The position numbers were made by a program, and so were the translations under genes. A stretch of 63,818 bases of DNA, filler included, from Limisphaerales bacterium (GTDB lineage: Bacteria > Verrucomicrobiota > Verrucomicrobiia > Limisphaerales > SIBE01), in the NCBI GenBank assembly GCA_044225505.1. It is 3 parts of 3 records of this genome, joined end to end, with 100 filler letters (N's around TTAATTAATTAA, not from the genome) between each part and the next. Parts side by side here need not be neighbours in the genome. Positions count along the whole stretch, not along the records: positions 51,056 to 63,818 come from JBGAIN010000205.1; 2 more parts are not named here. The stretch is one strand, 5' to 3'. Under the pieces are notes generated by a model. That model saw nothing but the letters and a program-made list of their open reading frames with translations. It was not told the origin of the DNA and searched no databases. Positions 59,825 through 63,818 of the stretch are shown in pieces (the stretch's first letter is position 1; each line of letters opens with the position of its first letter).

Positions 59825-61918
59825 ATGGAACGAGCACGAACGAGTTTAATGAAGGTGCTGCAGCAAGCCGACCTATGGCTCATACTGGGCGTCTTTGGCA
59901 CAGTGCTGCTGTTGATTCTGCCGGTTCCTCCGGTCCTGCTGGACGTGCTTCTCACCGTCAGTATTGCCCTTTCGCTGTTGGTTCTGCTCATTATTCTTTA
60001 TGTCCAGGAGGCGGCGGACTTCACGGTCTTTCCGACACTCTTGCTGTTTATCACTCTATTTCGCTTAGCCTTGAACGTCGCTTCCACTCGCCTGATTCTT
60101 TTGGATGGTTATGCTGGCCACATCATCGAAGCTTTCGGCAATTTCGTGGTGCGAAGCAACTACGTGGTGGGCTTGGTGGTCTTCCTAATCCTCGTCTTGA
60201 TCAATTTCGTTGTCATTACCAAAGGTGCAGGCCGTATCGCGGAAGTTGCGGCACGATTCACTCTCGATGCCATGCCCGGCAAACAAATGGCGATCGACGC
60301 CGAACTTAGCGCGGGGGTGATCAACGAGGCAGAAGCCCGCACCCGTCGCCGGAAAGTTGAGCAAGAGGCGGATTTTTACGGAGCGATGGATGGTGCGAGT
60401 AAGTTCGTGCGCGGGGATGCCGTTGCCGCCGTGCTCATCACTCTGATCAACGTTTTGGGTGGTTTTGCGATCGGGATTATGCAACGCGGGATGAGCGTCG
60501 CGGAAGCTCTCCAACGCTTTACGCTCTTATCGATCGGGGATGGACTCGTCTCGCAAGTCCCCGCTCTCGTTACCTCGATGGCTGCGGGCATGCTAGTTAC
60601 GCGAGCCGCCACCCGCAATAGCCTGGGTGAAGAACTTGGAAGTCAGCTTTTGTTTTATCCGCGCGCCATGGCGATGCTGAGTGGCATGCTGGGCGTGATG
60701 TCGCTTGTGCCAGGGCTACCGACTATGCCTTTCGTCGTTCTCGCAGCGGTTTCAGGCGCTGTGGCCGTGCGACTGAAGCGGACTAAATCCCAAACTGCAG
60801 CGTCGTCGAAAGGCACAGCCTCCGCCGCGGCCGGTGCAGCCGCAGGAGCCTCAGGGCCTCAATCGCCAGCACCGGAGAAACTCGAGACCTTGCTCAATGT
60901 GGACGCCCTGCAGATCGATCTCGGTTATGGACTTGTGCCTTTGGCGGACACCAGACGGGGAGGGGACCTACTCGAGCGAGTTACCGGGGTCCGGCGTAAT
61001 TTCGCTCAAGAGATGGGTCTAATTGTCCCATCCATACGGCTCCGGGATAACTTACAGATTGGAGCGAACGAGTATCGATTCCTCCTTAAGGGCGAACCCG
61101 TTGCGCAAGGGAACCTGATGCCAAACTATTGGCTGGCTATGAATGCCACCAATAGCCGCGCCCCGCTGAAAGGCGTTCCTACAGTCGAGCCCGTATTTCA
61201 GCTGCCTGCAACTTGGATCACGGACGTCGAGCGGAAGCATGCGGAGTCAGCCGGATACACCGTGGTGGACGCAGCCTCCGTTTTGGCGACGCACCTATTG
61301 GAGATTATTAAGCGGAATTGCTCTCAAATCCTCAGCCGGCAGGATGTGCAACTATTGCTCGATAACCTGAAGCAGACCCATCCGACGGTGGTGAACGAGT
61401 TGATCCCAGCTCAGCTTACGGTCGGGCAGGTGCAACGGATTTTGCAGAACCTGTTGGCAGAAGGGATATCGATTCGTAACTTGGTCGGAATCCTGGAAAA
61501 GGTCAGCGACTATGCCACGTTAACGAAGAACCCAGACGAGCTGTCTGAGCACGCTCGCCGAGCGCTCGGGACGCAATTGGTGAAGCCATTCCAGTCCGAC
61601 TCAGGGCCAGTGCGGGCTATCACTCTAGACCCGAGATTAGAGCAACAGATCGCTCAGGGCGTGCGTCAATCACCCACAGAGATCTCGTTGTTACTTGAGC
61701 CAAGGTTGGCGCGGCACATTGTGGAGTCGCTTTCAAAACACTTGCAGCAATTGCTGTCTGCTGGACATCCGCCGCTGGTCCTTTGTGCACCGCAGATTCG
61801 ACTCGCTTTCCGGCGCTTCTTTGAGAGCACCTTCTCAGATCTAGCTGTGCTATCGTACGCGGAACTGCCCGCCCGCGTTGAGGTGCAGAGCGCCGCGGTC
61901 GTTCCTGGACTGGAGTGA
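59825..61918 (+). CDS. flhA: Flagellar export protein
   Basis: RIAEVAARFTLDAMPGKQMAIDA and FYGAMDGASKFV (FHIPEP). Confidence 0.97.
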   Translation: MERARTSLMKVLQQADLWLILGVFGTVLLLILPVPPVLLDVLLTVSIALSLLVLLIILYVQEAADFTVFPTLLLFITLFRLALNVASTRLILLDGYAGHIIEAFGNFVVRSNYVVGLVVFLILVLINFVVITKGAGRIAEVAARFTLDAMPGKQMAIDAELSAGVINEAEARTRRRKVEQEADFYGAMDGASKFVRGDAVAAVLITLINVLGGFAIGIMQRGMSVAEALQRFTLLSIGDGLVSQVPALVTSMAAGMLVTRAATRNSLGEELGSQLLFYPRAMAMLSGMLGVMSLVPGLPTMPFVVLAAVSGAVAVRLKRTKSQTAASSKGTASAAAGAAAGASGPQSPAPEKLETLLNVDALQIDLGYGLVPLADTRRGGDLLERVTGVRRNFAQEMGLIVPSIRLRDNLQIGANEYRFLLKGEPVAQGNLMPNYWLAMNATNSRAPLKGVPTVEPVFQLPATWITDVERKHAESAGYTVVDAASVLATHLLEIIKRNCSQILSRQDVQLLLDNLKQTHPTVVNELIPAQLTVGQVQRILQNLLAEGISIRNLVGILEKVSDYATLTKNPDELSEHARRALGTQLVKPFQSDSGPVRAITLDPRLEQQIAQGVRQSPTEISLLLEPRLARHIVESLSKHLQQLLSAGHPPLVLCAPQIRLAFRRFFESTFSDLAVLSYAELPARVEVQSAAVVPGLE

Positions 61919-62001
61919 AGACGGGAGCTCGAACCGCGGGGTGCCCCTTACAGGATTTATTTTGATGCAGTGCGCCTAGTTTCCGTAGCATCCTCTTGCC
62001 A

Positions 62002-63108
62002 ATGCAAGTTCACACGTTCATTGCCGACTCCGCTTCCGATGCTGTTGCGCAAATTCGCGCCCAGCTCGGGCCTCAGGCGGTGGTCCTAAACGTGCGGCCC
62101 GTGCCTGGCGAAGGCTTGGCAAGGTTGTGGCAGAAACGTCGGATTGAAGTGCTTGCCTACCTTCCAGAGGCTGAAGCACCCGTTTCCAAGGCGGCGGACG
62201 CTTTAGTCGAAAAGCGCTTGGAAACCCCAGCCAGCCGACAGAACTCGCTCCAGGACGCCTCTGTGGTTGAGCCTCGCGTGGAGGGAATCGGACAAAACTC
62301 GATTAAAGGGGTCTACAGTCGTCCGGAAACGCGCTCTTCGTCGCCGCCCCAAGCCTGGCGCATCGGTGCGCTGTTGCAGAACAGCGGAATGCTACCTATT
62401 CATGCGGAAAGAGTTCTGGATGAATTGCGAGCGTTGCATGGCGATGTGCCGCCGGCCACTTTGGCCCGTGAAATGGAACTGACCAGGGCGCTGCTGCGGA
62501 TGTTGTGGAATAAACCTGACAGTATGCCGGGCCTGGCGCGAAGCGAAGGGATGCACGTGTTGATTGGAGCACCTGGCGTCGGAAAGACCGTTTGTCTGTG
62601 TAAGTGGTTGGCTCAGGTAGTCTTACTTGAAGGGCGGCCAGCGCAAGTCTGGCGGTTGGACGGCCGAACGGCCAATACCGCTGAGGCCCTAAGTATCTAC
62701 GCAGAGATTTTGAATGTTCCGGTCGAACGATCCTTGCCGGTTGGGCCTCGGGATTCGTCGGATTTGTTACTTGTTGATCTGCCGGGGGTTAACTGGGTTG
62801 AAAAGGAAGCAGTGGAACAGCTCGGGCAGCAAATAGCGCAGATGCCCGGAGCGACCGTCCACCTCGTCCTTAACGCCGCTTACGAGATCCCGATACTGCT
62901 CTCGCAAATTCGAGCCTTTTCCGCGTTACCCATCGCTGACTTGATCGTCACACACCTCGACGAAGAGCTGCGCTGGGGCAAACTTTGGAATCTGGCGCTC
63001 GGCACAAATTTCACTTTGGGCTATCTCAGTGCTGGGCAGAATATTCCCGGCGCCTGGATTCTAGCCACTCCCGACGAGATTCTCACTCGTCAATTCCCTT
63101 CAAAATAG
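62002..63108 (+). CDS. flhF: FlhF-like SRP-family GTPase, divergent
   Basis: N-terminal IRAQLGPQAVVL, GAPGVGKT P-loop, DLPG, THLDE and GQNIP; follows flhA. Confidence 0.8.
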   Translation: MQVHTFIADSASDAVAQIRAQLGPQAVVLNVRPVPGEGLARLWQKRRIEVLAYLPEAEAPVSKAADALVEKRLETPASRQNSLQDASVVEPRVEGIGQNSIKGVYSRPETRSSSPPQAWRIGALLQNSGMLPIHAERVLDELRALHGDVPPATLAREMELTRALLRMLWNKPDSMPGLARSEGMHVLIGAPGVGKTVCLCKWLAQVVLLEGRPAQVWRLDGRTANTAEALSIYAEILNVPVERSLPVGPRDSSDLLLVDLPGVNWVEKEAVEQLGQQIAQMPGATVHLVLNAAYEIPILLSQIRAFSALPIADLIVTHLDEELRWGKLWNLALGTNFTLGYLSAGQNIPGAWILATPDEILTRQFPSK

Positions 63109-63133
63109 GCCTGTTTGCAGCCTTTCTGCCTGC

Positions 63134-63149
63134 TGGCAAACCGCTTGCT
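63134..63149 (+). promoter_or_regulatory. Sigma-54 (-24/-12) promoter candidate
   Basis: TGGCAAACCGCTTGCT with exact GG-N10-GC spacing, 20 nt upstream of the ATG at 63170. Confidence 0.65.
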
Positions 63150-63169
63150 GAGCCTACGCTCGGCAAACG

Positions 63170-63418
63170 ATGAAAAAGTTCATGATGGCAGGCGGTTTTC
63201 TCGGATTTCTGATCGGCTTGGTCTCCGGCACTCTTCAGCGCGGAGCTTGGCCGTCGGTCCTATGGCGAGCTAGCGTTTCTGCCCTCTGCGCCGGCATTCT
63301 GATGCGCTGGTGGGCGGGAATCTGGGTGAGGAGCTTGCAGAACGCCTGTCAAGAACCAGCCGTTGCGACAACTTCGGACCCTACCACCAAACCGAGTCCA
63401 ACGACCGTAAAGCGTTAG
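63170..63418 (+). CDS. Small two-TM hypothetical protein upstream of fliA
   Basis: 82 aa with two hydrophobic segments; ends 9 nt before fliA. Confidence 0.7.
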   Translation: MKKFMMAGGFLGFLIGLVSGTLQRGAWPSVLWRASVSALCAGILMRWWAGIWVRSLQNACQEPAVATTSDPTTKPSPTTVKR

Positions 63419-63427
63419 CCTAACCTC

Positions 63428-63818
63428 ATGTCAACTCTGGTCGAGAAACAATCTGCTCTCCCTCACCGACGAAAGTACCCCGGGGCAGCTCGAGCGCGGG
63501 GTGCGGTCGCCCCGGGCAGTGCCATGGAAGAAGCCCTGGTTAAGGAGCACTTGCCCTTGGTAAAGACCGTCGTGGGACGCCTCGCAATGAGCTTGCCAGC
63601 CCATGTGGACATTGACGACCTGCACAGCGCCGGGTTGGTCGGACTGCTCAACGCCGTCCGACAGTACGACCCGCGTGCCGGCAGTTCGTTCGAGTCCTAT
63701 GCGCGAGTTCGAATCCGCGGCGCGATTTTTGATGAACTTCGCCGCCTGGATTGGGTTCCTCGTTCCGTGCATGAAAAAGCCCGTAAAGTGCAGACCGTGA
63801 TGCAAGAACTGGAACAGC
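63428..63818 (+). CDS. fliA: Flagellar sigma factor sigma-28 (3' partial)
   Basis: Manual translation: HLPLVKTVVGRL..DDLHSAGLVGLL..FESYARVRIRGAIFDELRRLDWVPRS. Confidence 0.93.
   Translation, partial: MSTLVEKQSALPHRRKYPGAARARGAVAPGSAMEEALVKEHLPLVKTVVGRLAMSLPAHVDIDDLHSAGLVGLLNAVRQYDPRAGSSFESYARVRIRGAIFDELRRLDWVPRSVHEKARKVQTVMQELEQ

Noticed and set aside
56565..61918. Non-flagellar type III secretion system
   Set aside because: Flanking flgD, flgE, fliL, fliM, flhF and fliA show the export genes are flagellar

Overview
The window is three unrelated contigs (1-23888, 23989-50955, 51056-63818) joined by 100-nt N spacers carrying an artificial TTAATTAATTAA linker. Gene content and protein style suggest a GC-rich Verrucomicrobiota genome (Pedosphaera/Limisphaera-like; inference). 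Contig 1 holds an S41 peptidase, an ECF sigma factor with a Ser/Thr kinase-WD40 gene and two exported proteins, and a decayed island end (IS transposase, ParE toxin and tyrosine integrase remnants next to a tRNA 3' fragment). It then carries a GH95 fucosidase, a cupin, a lamin-tail/CotH protein, a class III cyclase and a PIG-L deacetylase. Contig 2 holds nadE, a LytS/LytTR pair, two FG-GAP/ASPIC-UnbV proteins and the best candidate system: a porin-cytochrome conduit (octaheme lipoprotein, MtrB/PioB-like barrel, nonaheme cytochrome) with a nearby monoheme cytochrome c. It also has an ECF sigma with a kinase-cyclase-STAND-TPR fusion, a Y1 transposase flanked by inverted repeats, and a mosaic four-repeat protein. 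Contig 3 is a flagellar operon from fliK to fliA. A ~65-aa 'W...S/T-DL..W...FYR' module recurs in five unrelated exported proteins, including the nonaheme cytochrome, and may be a lineage-specific export or anchoring domain.
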